Below, piece by piece: positions 38,809-47,187 of a DNA stretch of 64,000 nucleotides. The stretch lies in contig JAZDOG010000020.1 in assembly GCA_043798915.1 (NCBI GenBank), positions 32,001-96,000 on the forward strand, in the 5' to 3' direction. Within the stretch, counting starts at the first letter, position 1. Every line of letters begins with the position of its first letter. The position numbers and the translations under genes were made by a program. The notes beneath the pieces were generated by a model. The model saw only the letters and a list, made by a program, of their open reading frames with translations. It had not been told where the DNA came from and did not search any database. Origin of the DNA: Pseudomonadota bacterium. Lineage in GTDB: Bacteria; UBA10199; 2-02-FULL-44-16; JAAZCA01.

Positions 38809-38961
38809 ATGATATCGTTTCTGAGAGAACTCTGGGCCTTCGCGAAAGCGCGGAAGAAGTATTGGCTCCTTCCTTTCATCGTCAGCCTGCTCCTCCTGGG
38901 AGTCCTGATCGTCTTCACGGAGGGCAGCGCGGTGGCCCCCTTCATCTACACGCTCTTTTAG
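38809..38961 (+). CDS. SxtK-like/DUF5989 small protein (50 aa; not in ORF track)
   Basis: Translated by hand: MISFLRELWAFAKARKKYWLLPFIVSLLLLGVLIVFTEGSAVAPFIYTLF*; preceded by a GGAGG SD. Confidence 0.9.
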   Translation: MISFLRELWAFAKARKKYWLLPFIVSLLLLGVLIVFTEGSAVAPFIYTLF

Positions 38962-39017
38962 GCGCCTGTCTTCGGCCGCTTGCGGCATTTCTCCGGGCGG
39001 TGTATACTTTCCGTCTG

Positions 39018-39950
39018 ATGCGCTCTATTAAGCCATTCAGGCTCGTTCCCGGGGACCGCGTCGGTGTCGTGGCCCCGGCCTCCTCCTTCGAGAGGCGGGG
39101 ATTGAGGCGCGGGCTGGAGAAACTGCGCTGGTGGGGATTCGACCCGGTCGTGCCGAAAGAGGTTTTGAAGCACGCCCATCGTCCGCTCGAGCGCGAACGG
39201 ACGCGACGTTATGAGGAGAAGGCCTTCGAGATCGTCCGGATGTTCATGGACCCGACGATCGCCGCCATATTTTGCGCCGAGGCGGGCTATGGGACGATAG
39301 CCCTCATACCGTTTCTTGAGAAGGTCGATCTTTCGCCTTATCCAAAGGTCTTCCTCGGATTCTCGGACATCACGATACTCCTTCTCTATTTCCACGTGCG
39401 CTACGGATGGGTCACCTTTCACGGCCCGACGGTGGCTCAGGAGTTCTACAAGGGTATGCCGCCTGTCACGGAGATCGCGCTGCAGGAGGCGATCACCAAA
39501 CGCACCCGGCTGGGAGATGTCTTCGGCAAGGACCTGGAGGTGATTGTGCGGGGAGAGGGGCGCGGCCCGATCATCGGCGGCAATCTGACCAGGATGCTCA
39601 GGACGCTCGGGACATCCTTCGAGATCGATACGCGCGACCGGATACTCTTCATAGAGGAGGTGGACGAAGGGCACATCCAGATCGACGGCGACCTTAATCA
39701 GTTGAGGCTCGCCGGCAAGTTCGAGGGGCTCAGGGGCATCGTCTTTTCTGAGATGACAGGGTGCATGAACGGCGATAAGAGGTCGGTGCTGCGGTATCTC
39801 AGGCGGTATTTCAAAGGGGCGTCGTTCCCGGTGCTGGCCGGTTTTCCATCCGGGCACGGGGTCGAGAACATAACTCTGCCGATTGGCATTCGGGCGCATA
39901 TGTCATCTTCGCCGCCGAGGCTGATTTTGGAAGAGGGAGGGGTGAGGTGA
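39018..39950 (+). CDS. S66 family LD-carboxypeptidase (LdcA/MccF-like)
   Basis: 'VVAPAS', 'FLGFSDIT' nucleophile, 'TFHGP', 'GGNL', 'FIEE', 'GH...TLPIG'. Confidence 0.92.
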   Translation: MRSIKPFRLVPGDRVGVVAPASSFERRGLRRGLEKLRWWGFDPVVPKEVLKHAHRPLERERTRRYEEKAFEIVRMFMDPTIAAIFCAEAGYGTIALIPFLEKVDLSPYPKVFLGFSDITILLLYFHVRYGWVTFHGPTVAQEFYKGMPPVTEIALQEAITKRTRLGDVFGKDLEVIVRGEGRGPIIGGNLTRMLRTLGTSFEIDTRDRILFIEEVDEGHIQIDGDLNQLRLAGKFEGLRGIVFSEMTGCMNGDKRSVLRYLRRYFKGASFPVLAGFPSGHGVENITLPIGIRAHMSSSPPRLILEEGGVR

Positions 39951-39954
39951 CGAT

Positions 39955-40284
39955 ATGGGTCAGCAACTCAAAGAAGCTCTGATGAATGCCGGGCTTGTCT
40001 CGCAGAAGGACATCGAGCGCGAGAAGGTCAAGAAGCAGCACTTGAGCAAGAGCTCGAAGATGCGCGAGGACCAGATCCGCATCATGTGTGAGGTCTGCGG
40101 CAAGACCGCGCCGGACGTTGAGCGCTACACGCACAAGAACAGGAAGATAACTGGCAAGGAGTGGCTCTGCATCCCCTGTGCGGACGAACATTACATAGAT
40201 GACGAGTGCCGCGCGACCTCCCAGAGCTCGCAGTCGAAGGCGGGGCTTTTCCGCCGCCAATATGGCAGGACAAAAAAGTTCTGA
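39955..40284 (+). CDS. Hypothetical basic protein with CxxC...CxxC putative zinc site
   Basis: Good SD, typical codon usage, 'CEVC' and 'CIPC'; followed by a terminator. Confidence 0.8.
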   Translation: MGQQLKEALMNAGLVSQKDIEREKVKKQHLSKSSKMREDQIRIMCEVCGKTAPDVERYTHKNRKITGKEWLCIPCADEHYIDDECRATSQSSQSKAGLFRRQYGRTKKF

Positions 40285-40303
40285 ATCTTCTTTGCTTCGC
40301 TCG

Positions 40304-40336
40304 AAAAAAATCCCCCCGCAGATGCAGGGGGATTTT
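40304..40336. terminator. Bidirectional intrinsic terminator
   Basis: AAAAAAATCCCCCCGCA-GA-TGCAGGGGGATTTT hairpin between convergent genes. Confidence 0.8.
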
Positions 40337-40359
40337 ATGTTCAGCGATTTGTCAGATTT

Positions 40360-40563
40360 TCATGCCGGCGTTACATTCGCGGCCTGCAGACCCTTGGGGC
40401 CCTTGACGACCTCGAACTCGACGGTTTGGCCTTCCTTCAGGCTCTTGAAACCTTCGCCACCGATTGCGGAGAAGTGAACGAATACGTCCTCCCCACCACC
40501 CTCCGGCGCGATGAATCCGAAGCCCTTCGCGTCGTTGAACCACTTCACTGTTCCCTTTGCCAT
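40360..40563 (-). CDS. Cold-shock protein (CspA family)
   Basis: '[18 protein letters not shown]', 'VFVHFSAI', '[10 protein letters not shown]'. Confidence 0.97.
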   Translation of the reverse strand: MAKGTVKWFNDAKGFGFIAPEGGGEDVFVHFSAIGGEGFKSLKEGQTVEFEVVKGPKGLQAANVTPA

Positions 40564-40607
40564 ACAAAAACCTTCCTTTCTTTGATCGCCGACCATGCAC
40601 CCAACGC

Positions 40608-40639
40608 AAAAAACCGCAAGCCATTTTCATGACCTGCGG
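40608..40639 (-). promoter_or_regulatory. Terminator-like hairpin with U-tract in the csp leader
   Basis: Minus strand reads CCGCAGGTCAT-GAAA-ATGGCTTGCGG-TTTTTT, about 45 nt upstream of the csp ATG. Confidence 0.6.
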
Positions 40640-40799
40640 CAAACCGTAACCATTACGTCGCGCTAAGTGCAAATCGAGTGATCATGAATACAGGCGGAAC
40701 CCTATGCCAGATAAGGGAAATAAGCAATATGAATTTTCGAGACACACAGGATTATTTGCAGTATCCAAGATTGTTGTTTACAAACAACCAGTTACAAAC

Positions 40800-41534
40800 C
40801 TATCGATCGTTACATTTGACCCCTTCCACCATGCGCGCCGCCAGCCCCTCGAACATACCCACGTCTCGCGCGGTGAGTCCCCCGCGGCCGAAGAGGCGTT
40901 CGAGCCGGTGAAGGATTTTCGACTTGAGCGGCGCCCTTGGGGTGTCGTCGTAGCCCATGGCAGCGAGCATCTCTCCCATGCGCTCCATGACTGTTGCAAT
41001 CTCCCGTCTTGTGACAAACTCCTCCACCGGGGCTGCCCGGGTGGTTCTCCGTCTTCCCCCGGCGAGTTCATAGCAGGCGATGAGGACGGCCTGTGCCAGG
41101 TTGATTGAGGGGAGCAGGGCGGAGGTCGGGATGGCAACTATCGCGTCGCATCGCCTTATCTCGGCGCTTGTGAGGCCACTGTCCTCGCGTCCAAAGACAA
41201 GGGCAGTCTTCCCCAGGCTGCGTCCCTTTCCGACCCAGGCGGCCAGATTCCCGATATCCAGATGCCGCTTCCTGGCACGGCCCAACCTCCTCGTGAAGGC
41301 AAGCGTCCGGGAGGCGTCGCTGAGGGCTTCATCAAGGTCTTTGAATGTCTTCGCTTTTTTGAGGACGTCGCGCGCGTCCACCGCCCACATATAGGCCCTT
41401 TTTGTGCGGTGCGGAACACCGTTCACAATTCGCAAGTCCGTGATGCCGAAATTCTTCATCGCGCGAGCGGCTGCGCCGATGTTGGCGTCTCCCTGGGGCG
41501 CAACGAGGACCACCGAAACCTTTGGATTCTTCAT
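40800..41534 (-). CDS. TrmJ/LasT family SPOUT RNA methyltransferase
   Basis: 'NIGAAARAMKNFG', 'VFGREDSGL', 'SINLAQAV...YE'. Confidence 0.93.
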   Translation of the reverse strand: MKNPKVSVVLVAPQGDANIGAAARAMKNFGITDLRIVNGVPHRTKRAYMWAVDARDVLKKAKTFKDLDEALSDASRTLAFTRRLGRARKRHLDIGNLAAWVGKGRSLGKTALVFGREDSGLTSAEIRRCDAIVAIPTSALLPSINLAQAVLIACYELAGGRRRTTRAAPVEEFVTRREIATVMERMGEMLAAMGYDDTPRAPLKSKILHRLERLFGRGGLTARDVGMFEGLAARMVEGVKCNDR

Positions 41535-41640
41535 GTAGAGGGAAATAGTGGCGCAGAAGATTGTTGTCAATGGAGGCCAATAGATTATATATAATACGAA
41601 GCATTGTCAGTATATTGAACTGGAACGAACGGGAGAAGAA

Positions 41641-42012
41641 ATGGAAACCAACGATTCAGAACGCAGAAAATATGCGCGGCTCGACCTCGCGCTCACCGTG
41701 AGCTACCGCGTAGCGGGCCAGGCTGCGGGATATCCAGTGGATCCACGCGAAAGCGTATCGAGCGATATAGGTCTCGGGGGCTTGAGGCTCATGACCCCGA
41801 CCCCCCTCGAAAACGGCACGATGCTCGACCTCGAGATACTCCTGGGCGAGGATGAGTCCTATCCCGTGAGCGCGGAGGGGGAAGTCGTCTGGCAGAACAA
41901 GATATCCGACGTGAGCTATGAGACGGGTGTGCAGATCAGCGGGATGCCCCCTGCCGACAAAAAGCGCTTTATGGAGTTCGTTTTCGACCAAATGAGCAAG
42001 GTTATGATCTGA
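41641..42012 (+). CDS. Single-domain PilZ protein
   Basis: 'ERRKYAR' RxxxR, 'DIGLGG', 'GEVVW'. Confidence 0.85.
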   Translation: METNDSERRKYARLDLALTVSYRVAGQAAGYPVDPRESVSSDIGLGGLRLMTPTPLENGTMLDLEILLGEDESYPVSAEGEVVWQNKISDVSYETGVQISGMPPADKKRFMEFVFDQMSKVMI

Positions 42013-42097
42013 AATCCTGGGTCAAAAAAAATGCAAACATTGGCCAGATAACACGCAACTTTTTTGATGGGGATGCGATAAGAGGGGTGAGGAGATT

Positions 42098-42649
42098 ATG
42101 CCGCGCACATACTACGACATCCTCAAGGTCTCCAGCGACGCCGAGACAGAGCTGATCGAATCGGCTTGGCGAACGCTCCTTTCAACGCTTAAAAAACACC
42201 CGGATCTCGGCGGCCTGCCGGAAGAGGCCGCCCTCATCAACCAGGCGCATGATGTCCTCTTGGATCCCATAAAAAGGAAGCGATACGACGCATCGCTTGG
42301 GGCTGTGAAACCCGCCGGCGTGGCGCCGAAGGCGGCCTTTGCGGAGCGAAGGCGCGATCCCAGACACCTGATAGATGCGACTGTCTCCTATTGCCTGGGC
42401 CACGATCTCAACTGGCAGCCTGCGCGCGTGAAGGATGTCTCGACCCTCGGGCTTCGCATCCAATCGAGGGCCCCGCTTTCAGCCGGCCAGCATCTGGTCA
42501 TTGCCCCTGCAAACCTCGCCGCGACGGCCATCCACGGGACGGTCCGGTGGGCGAGGGTCTTCCACCCGTCGCTCTTTGAGCGCATCTATGAAGCCGGTAT
42601 CGAATTCGCCGACCAGATCACCGACGTCGACCAGCGCCTGTCCGTCTAA
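42098..42649 (+). CDS. J-domain (DnaJ-like) + PilZ fusion protein
   Basis: 'TYYDILKV...HPD...INQAHDVL.DP..R..YD', then 'ERRRDPR' and 'DVSTLG'. Confidence 0.85.
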   Translation: MPRTYYDILKVSSDAETELIESAWRTLLSTLKKHPDLGGLPEEAALINQAHDVLLDPIKRKRYDASLGAVKPAGVAPKAAFAERRRDPRHLIDATVSYCLGHDLNWQPARVKDVSTLGLRIQSRAPLSAGQHLVIAPANLAATAIHGTVRWARVFHPSLFERIYEAGIEFADQITDVDQRLSV

Positions 42650-42668
42650 TATCTTCAGCACAAAAACC

Positions 42669-45602
42669 TTAAGAGATTGGCTTCAGAATGACGCCGCGGC
42701 CGGAGCGGCCGTCGATGCGGGTGACAATAGGGGATGACAGCCTGATGTGTTTAATGAATCCAGTTTCCGCCGTCGCTGGTCTGTCTGCAAGCCACTGCCA
42801 GTCCACGAAGTCGGGGCCGCCCGCGACATCTATTGAAAGATATCCGATGTGGCTTGACGAAATATTGTGAAAGAAATGTGTTCCCTGTGATGGCTCGACG
42901 TCCATCTCCGGCGTCGATATCTCGCCTATTACCTTGGCGTGCGATACCTGCGCATATGTGACCGGCAACCCCAGCCTCGGGTTCACCGTCCCCCATCTTC
43001 CAAATCCCAGGAGTATATACGTCTCGCCCTTTGCGACCATCTCCGCGTTGAGCCTGCCGATCTCCGCCGCGATCTCCGCTGTGCGCAGCGGATCGAACGC
43101 TTCGGGTTTCACGTAGACCAGGTTTGAGATGTTGTCGAAGACGCCGTTGCCCATCGCCCTGTGGGTGGTGGCCACGCAGGCCTCTTTCCCGAAGCTCTCC
43201 ACATCCACCTCTTCGGTCGCTTCGCTGGAGACGAGCGGCCGGACCTGGAGGAAGGCGAAGGAGGCTGGTTCGTCTTCGATCGGGAGGTTTGCCGCAAATT
43301 CGATCTCCACGGCGCAGCCCATCCCGTGTGAGCCGATGTCGAGAAGACGGTCGAGTATCGCCGGGAGCGGAAATGCCGATTCGTCAATCACCTTTTTGAA
43401 CGTAAGGACCCGCTTGCCCGGGCGGTGAAGTCCCTCGTAGATGATATCATCCTCGGTGGAATAGACTCCGCCCAGGAGCTTCAACAACCCGTGTTCCTCC
43501 GCTGTGCCGAGGTCCAATGTGGCCAGCGTGACGCCCTCGTCGACGAGGGGGCCGCTTCGAGCGGTTGTCAGATCGAGGGCATGGAACTCGCGCTGCGAGC
43601 GGGCGACGATGTCGCGCGCCCTCCCAAATTGAGGCAGGATGCCTGGGTGTCTGGGCGAGAACCTCAGGGCGTTTCCACCCCTCACGGCCATGGTTCCGAG
43701 CCCCATGACCAGCTCCGCAACGCCATCCTCCGGCTTCAAGTAGCCGACAGGGAAGTAGTTGTAGGACTGTGCGACACCGGCCATATCCGGGTAGTAGTAG
43801 TTTCCATGCCGTCTCCCCACAACCTGCTGGACGAGCACGGCCATCTTTTCGCCTTCGATGGCGATCCGGTTCGCCTCCATGTAGGCCTTGGGATTGGCAA
43901 AAAATGTAGAGGCGTAGACGAGCTTGATCGCGTTCAAAAAAGCATTGAGACGCTCCCCGAAATCGGGATTGTTGTTTGGGATGAAATAGGTCGTGTAGAG
44001 GCCGGCGAACGGCTGAGAGAGCGAATCCTCAGAGAGCGAGGAGGAACGAACCGCCAGCGGCTGATCGATGCGCTTGAGGAAGGAAGCCAGCTCGTCGACC
44101 TGCTTTTGCTCAAGCTGCCCCGCGAGAAAGCTCCTTGCGATCTCCTCGTCGTCGCTGGCCTCCATCGCCACCTTGTGGAGGCGGTTTCTGTCCAGAAATC
44201 GGTCGAACACGTCGGTGCCGATCGCCGCCGTCTGCGGGACGATGATGCGCTGGCCGTCGAAACTCCCGGCCGCGTCCGGATCGGCTAGGAGCCTTGCCAT
44301 GAATGCTATTCCGCGGCCCTTTCCGCCGATCGAGCCCTCGCCGAAGCGGATGAACGGAATTGCGAGGTCGAAATCGCGCTCCGAGAAGCGCGCGATCGTT
44401 CCTTTGCGCTTTGCTATTCGCGTGGCTTTCAGGTCGCGCCTGAGCATCTGCCTCAAGTTCTCGATCGAGGCAAAATCTGAAAGCTGCATCGGTTTGAGCT
44501 TTGCGGCCAGCTCGAACTCGCCCCGCGCGAAGAGCCAGTTGGAGAAGTGGTTGCGCCTCGAGTGATAGTCGATCGACTCCTCGGGCACCCACGCGAGCAC
44601 CTCCTCCATCTCGCGAAGCCTGTGGGCGCGGACCACCTCCGTGCCGTCGGGCATCCTGAAGACGAAGTCGCCGAATCCGAAGTAGGTCTGGATGAAGGTG
44701 CGCAGGCCGTGGAGGAGATGGGGGGAATTCTTGTCGGCGAAGGAGGCCCCGAGCGTCTGGGCGCGCGCGGCGTTTCCGGTGTCCTGGGATTGCAGGAGTA
44801 CGGGCACGTCGGGATTTTCGCCCTTTACGAGCTCGGTGAAGAAAAAGCCCGCCTGCGGGTCGACGGCCCCTCCACGGGGAAAGCGCACGTCGCTGATGAT
44901 TCCGAGCAGGTTGGCGCGGTATTTGTTGTAGAGGGCCACCGCCTCCTCGTACGATTCGGCCATGAGTATCTTGGGGCGCGAGCTCAGCCTTCGGAGCTTC
45001 TCTTCGTCGCTCACCCCCTCGGAGATCAGCGCGCGGGTCTGCTGGAGTATCTCCGTGTAGATGAGCGGAAGGTAGGCGCTGTAGAAGGCGGGCGAGTCCT
45101 CGACGAGGATTATGGCGCGCACCTGCTCCTCGAGGCAGTCGCGTTCTGCGTTGACGCTATCCTCGAACATCTTGATGATCGCGAGGAAGAGGCGCGTGTC
45201 GCCGTGCCAGTAGAACGCCTTGTCGATTCCGCTGGTCTCGCGCCGTTTCGCAAACTGCGCGATGCGCCAGCTCTCCGGGGTGACGAGCGCCACCGGCAGC
45301 TCCGGGTGCATCGCCTTGATGCTCTTCGCCATGTCGAAGACGCCCATGGCCTTGCCCACGCGCGTGCCGGTGATGACGAGATCGAATCTCTTCTCCTTCA
45401 CCATAGCCAGCGCCTCGCCGGCCGCCGAGACGCGGGTGATCGCGGGCGCATTGGTGAGATGGAGGAGCGAGTATTCGTCGGAGATCCTGTCGGCCAGGAG
45501 CCCCTCCTCCTCCATGATGTAGAGTTCGTAGGGGCTCGACACGAGGAGTATCTCGTGCACGCGCTGACCCATGAGCCGGTGGCTGTCGTGTGTGAACGCC
45601 AT
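42669..45602 (-). CDS. Receiver-like + PEP/pyruvate-binding (PPDK_N ATP-grasp) domain protein
   Basis: 'IGGKGRG', 'PLAVRSSSLSEDS', 'FAGLY', 'VLVQQVVG', 'EIEFA', 'LQVRP', C-terminal 'SQGTHFFHN'; REC-like 'ILVEDS...IISDVRFP'. Confidence 0.85.
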   Translation of the reverse strand: MAFTHDSHRLMGQRVHEILLVSSPYELYIMEEEGLLADRISDEYSLLHLTNAPAITRVSAAGEALAMVKEKRFDLVITGTRVGKAMGVFDMAKSIKAMHPELPVALVTPESWRIAQFAKRRETSGIDKAFYWHGDTRLFLAIIKMFEDSVNAERDCLEEQVRAIILVEDSPAFYSAYLPLIYTEILQQTRALISEGVSDEEKLRRLSSRPKILMAESYEEAVALYNKYRANLLGIISDVRFPRGGAVDPQAGFFFTELVKGENPDVPVLLQSQDTGNAARAQTLGASFADKNSPHLLHGLRTFIQTYFGFGDFVFRMPDGTEVVRAHRLREMEEVLAWVPEESIDYHSRRNHFSNWLFARGEFELAAKLKPMQLSDFASIENLRQMLRRDLKATRIAKRKGTIARFSERDFDLAIPFIRFGEGSIGGKGRGIAFMARLLADPDAAGSFDGQRIIVPQTAAIGTDVFDRFLDRNRLHKVAMEASDDEEIARSFLAGQLEQKQVDELASFLKRIDQPLAVRSSSLSEDSLSQPFAGLYTTYFIPNNNPDFGERLNAFLNAIKLVYASTFFANPKAYMEANRIAIEGEKMAVLVQQVVGRRHGNYYYPDMAGVAQSYNYFPVGYLKPEDGVAELVMGLGTMAVRGGNALRFSPRHPGILPQFGRARDIVARSQREFHALDLTTARSGPLVDEGVTLATLDLGTAEEHGLLKLLGGVYSTEDDIIYEGLHRPGKRVLTFKKVIDESAFPLPAILDRLLDIGSHGMGCAVEIEFAANLPIEDEPASFAFLQVRPLVSSEATEEVDVESFGKEACVATTHRAMGNGVFDNISNLVYVKPEAFDPLRTAEIAAEIGRLNAEMVAKGETYILLGFGRWGTVNPRLGLPVTYAQVSHAKVIGEISTPEMDVEPSQGTHFFHNISSSHIGYLSIDVAGGPDFVDWQWLADRPATAETGFIKHIRLSSPIVTRIDGRSGRGVILKPIS

Positions 45603-45719
45603 GGCCCGAATAAACCAGAATCGGTGCTGCTGCGCAACTGTCTTCCCTCTCGAATATTACCTGTTGAAAGGGTTTCTGGTTTTAATTAGTGTGAAGCCTT
45701 GGTTTTTTATCGAGGCGCC

Positions 45720-47174
45720 ATGGGCTGGGACAAAAAAGAGCTGGAGGCATTGCCGGCGAAGGGCGGTGTGATAATGGCCGGCGACGACCGGCTCGAGACC
45801 TATTCCGAAGATTCGATGATGCGCGGCCGCCCGGATGCGGTCCTCGTCGCCCGCGACGAGCAGGAGGTCGCCGAGGCGATGGCCTGGTGCAACGCCAAGC
45901 TGATCCCGGTCACCCTGTGCGGATCTCAGACATCCATGACCGGCGCATCTGTGCCTATGGAGGGGCTCGTCATATCGACCGAGAAGCTCGAGGGGCTGGT
46001 CGACATATATAGCGATGGGGACAGGAACTTTGCCGTCGTCCGCCCCGGCACCGTGGTGGCGGATTTTCAGAGGGCGGTGGCCGATGCAGGTTTTTTCTAT
46101 CCGGTTGCGCCCACGTCGCGGGACGAGTGCCGCATAGGCTCGAACGTCGTGACCAACGCCACGGGCGAGGATTCGCACAAATACGGGCCGGCCAGGCCAC
46201 ATGTGAAGGGCGTCGAGCTCATCCTCCCATCCGGCGAGAGGCGCATCTTAGAGCGCCAGGCAGGCGAAAAACCGTCGTGGGATAGAAATCGCGCGGGATA
46301 TTTCGTGGGCTGGAAGAATCCGATCGATCTCATCATCGGCTCCGAGGGCACCTTGGGTTTCGTATCGAGGGCGACGTTTGAACTCCTGCCGGCATCGAGG
46401 GACTTCTTCTCGGCGCTCATCCCGCTCCCTTCCAATGATGTTGCGCTGAGGCTCGTCGTAGAGATAGCGCAGAGGCGCCGGGATATCTCGCCGCGCACGC
46501 TGGAGTTTATAGACGGCAACGCGCTTGAGGTCATGCGCACGGCCGACGGTTTCCCCGCGATCCCGGGTGAGGCGCGCGCCTTCCTCTATATCAAGCAGGA
46601 GTTTGAGGGGGACTCGGATCGCGACAGGCAGCTTGAGCTCTGGTACGAGGCGGCGCTGCCGTTTGCCGGCCGGGCGCTGGCCGACAATATCCTCATCGCG
46701 AGCACGTTCAAGGAGAGGGAGAACTTCCGCCTCTGGCGGCATCATATACCCGAGACCGAGAACGAGACCGGGCGCAAGTTCTGGGCCGACGGCGGCGGGA
46801 AGGTCGGGAGCGACTGGTGGGTTCCGATCGATCGGCTCCTCGAGATGATGAAATTCTTCTACGAGACAGTCGGTGCGACCGGACTGTCGCATATAGCCTA
46901 CGCGCACATAGGGGCCGGGCATCCGCACACGAACATTCAGACGAGGAATGCAAAAGAGAAGGCCATCGCGCTCGACGCCCTCAGGGCGTGCTGCAGAAGG
47001 GCCGTGGAATTGGGAGGCGGAGTCGCTGGCGAACATGGAATCGGGAAGATCCATACCGACCTCGTGCCGATACAGCATTCATCAGCCATCATAGAGCAGA
47101 TGCGGAAGTGGAAGAGCGAATACGATCCGAACTGGATATTGGGGAGAGGGAATATATTCGAACGGAAACCGTGA
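45720..47174 (+). CDS. FAD-linked oxidoreductase (GlcD/D-lactate dehydrogenase family)
   Basis: 'SMTGAS', 'TNATG', 'IGSEGTLG', 'AHIGAGHPH', 'AGEHGIG', 'DPNWIL'. Confidence 0.9.
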   Translation: MGWDKKELEALPAKGGVIMAGDDRLETYSEDSMMRGRPDAVLVARDEQEVAEAMAWCNAKLIPVTLCGSQTSMTGASVPMEGLVISTEKLEGLVDIYSDGDRNFAVVRPGTVVADFQRAVADAGFFYPVAPTSRDECRIGSNVVTNATGEDSHKYGPARPHVKGVELILPSGERRILERQAGEKPSWDRNRAGYFVGWKNPIDLIIGSEGTLGFVSRATFELLPASRDFFSALIPLPSNDVALRLVVEIAQRRRDISPRTLEFIDGNALEVMRTADGFPAIPGEARAFLYIKQEFEGDSDRDRQLELWYEAALPFAGRALADNILIASTFKERENFRLWRHHIPETENETGRKFWADGGGKVGSDWWVPIDRLLEMMKFFYETVGATGLSHIAYAHIGAGHPHTNIQTRNAKEKAIALDALRACCRRAVELGGGVAGEHGIGKIHTDLVPIQHSSAIIEQMRKWKSEYDPNWILGRGNIFERKP

Positions 47175-47187
47175 AACGGGAGGCCAA

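Noticed and set aside
35333..38961. Saxitoxin biosynthesis cluster (sxtI/J/K-like genes)
   Set aside because: No sxtA, sxtG or other core genes; the context is a glycan locus.
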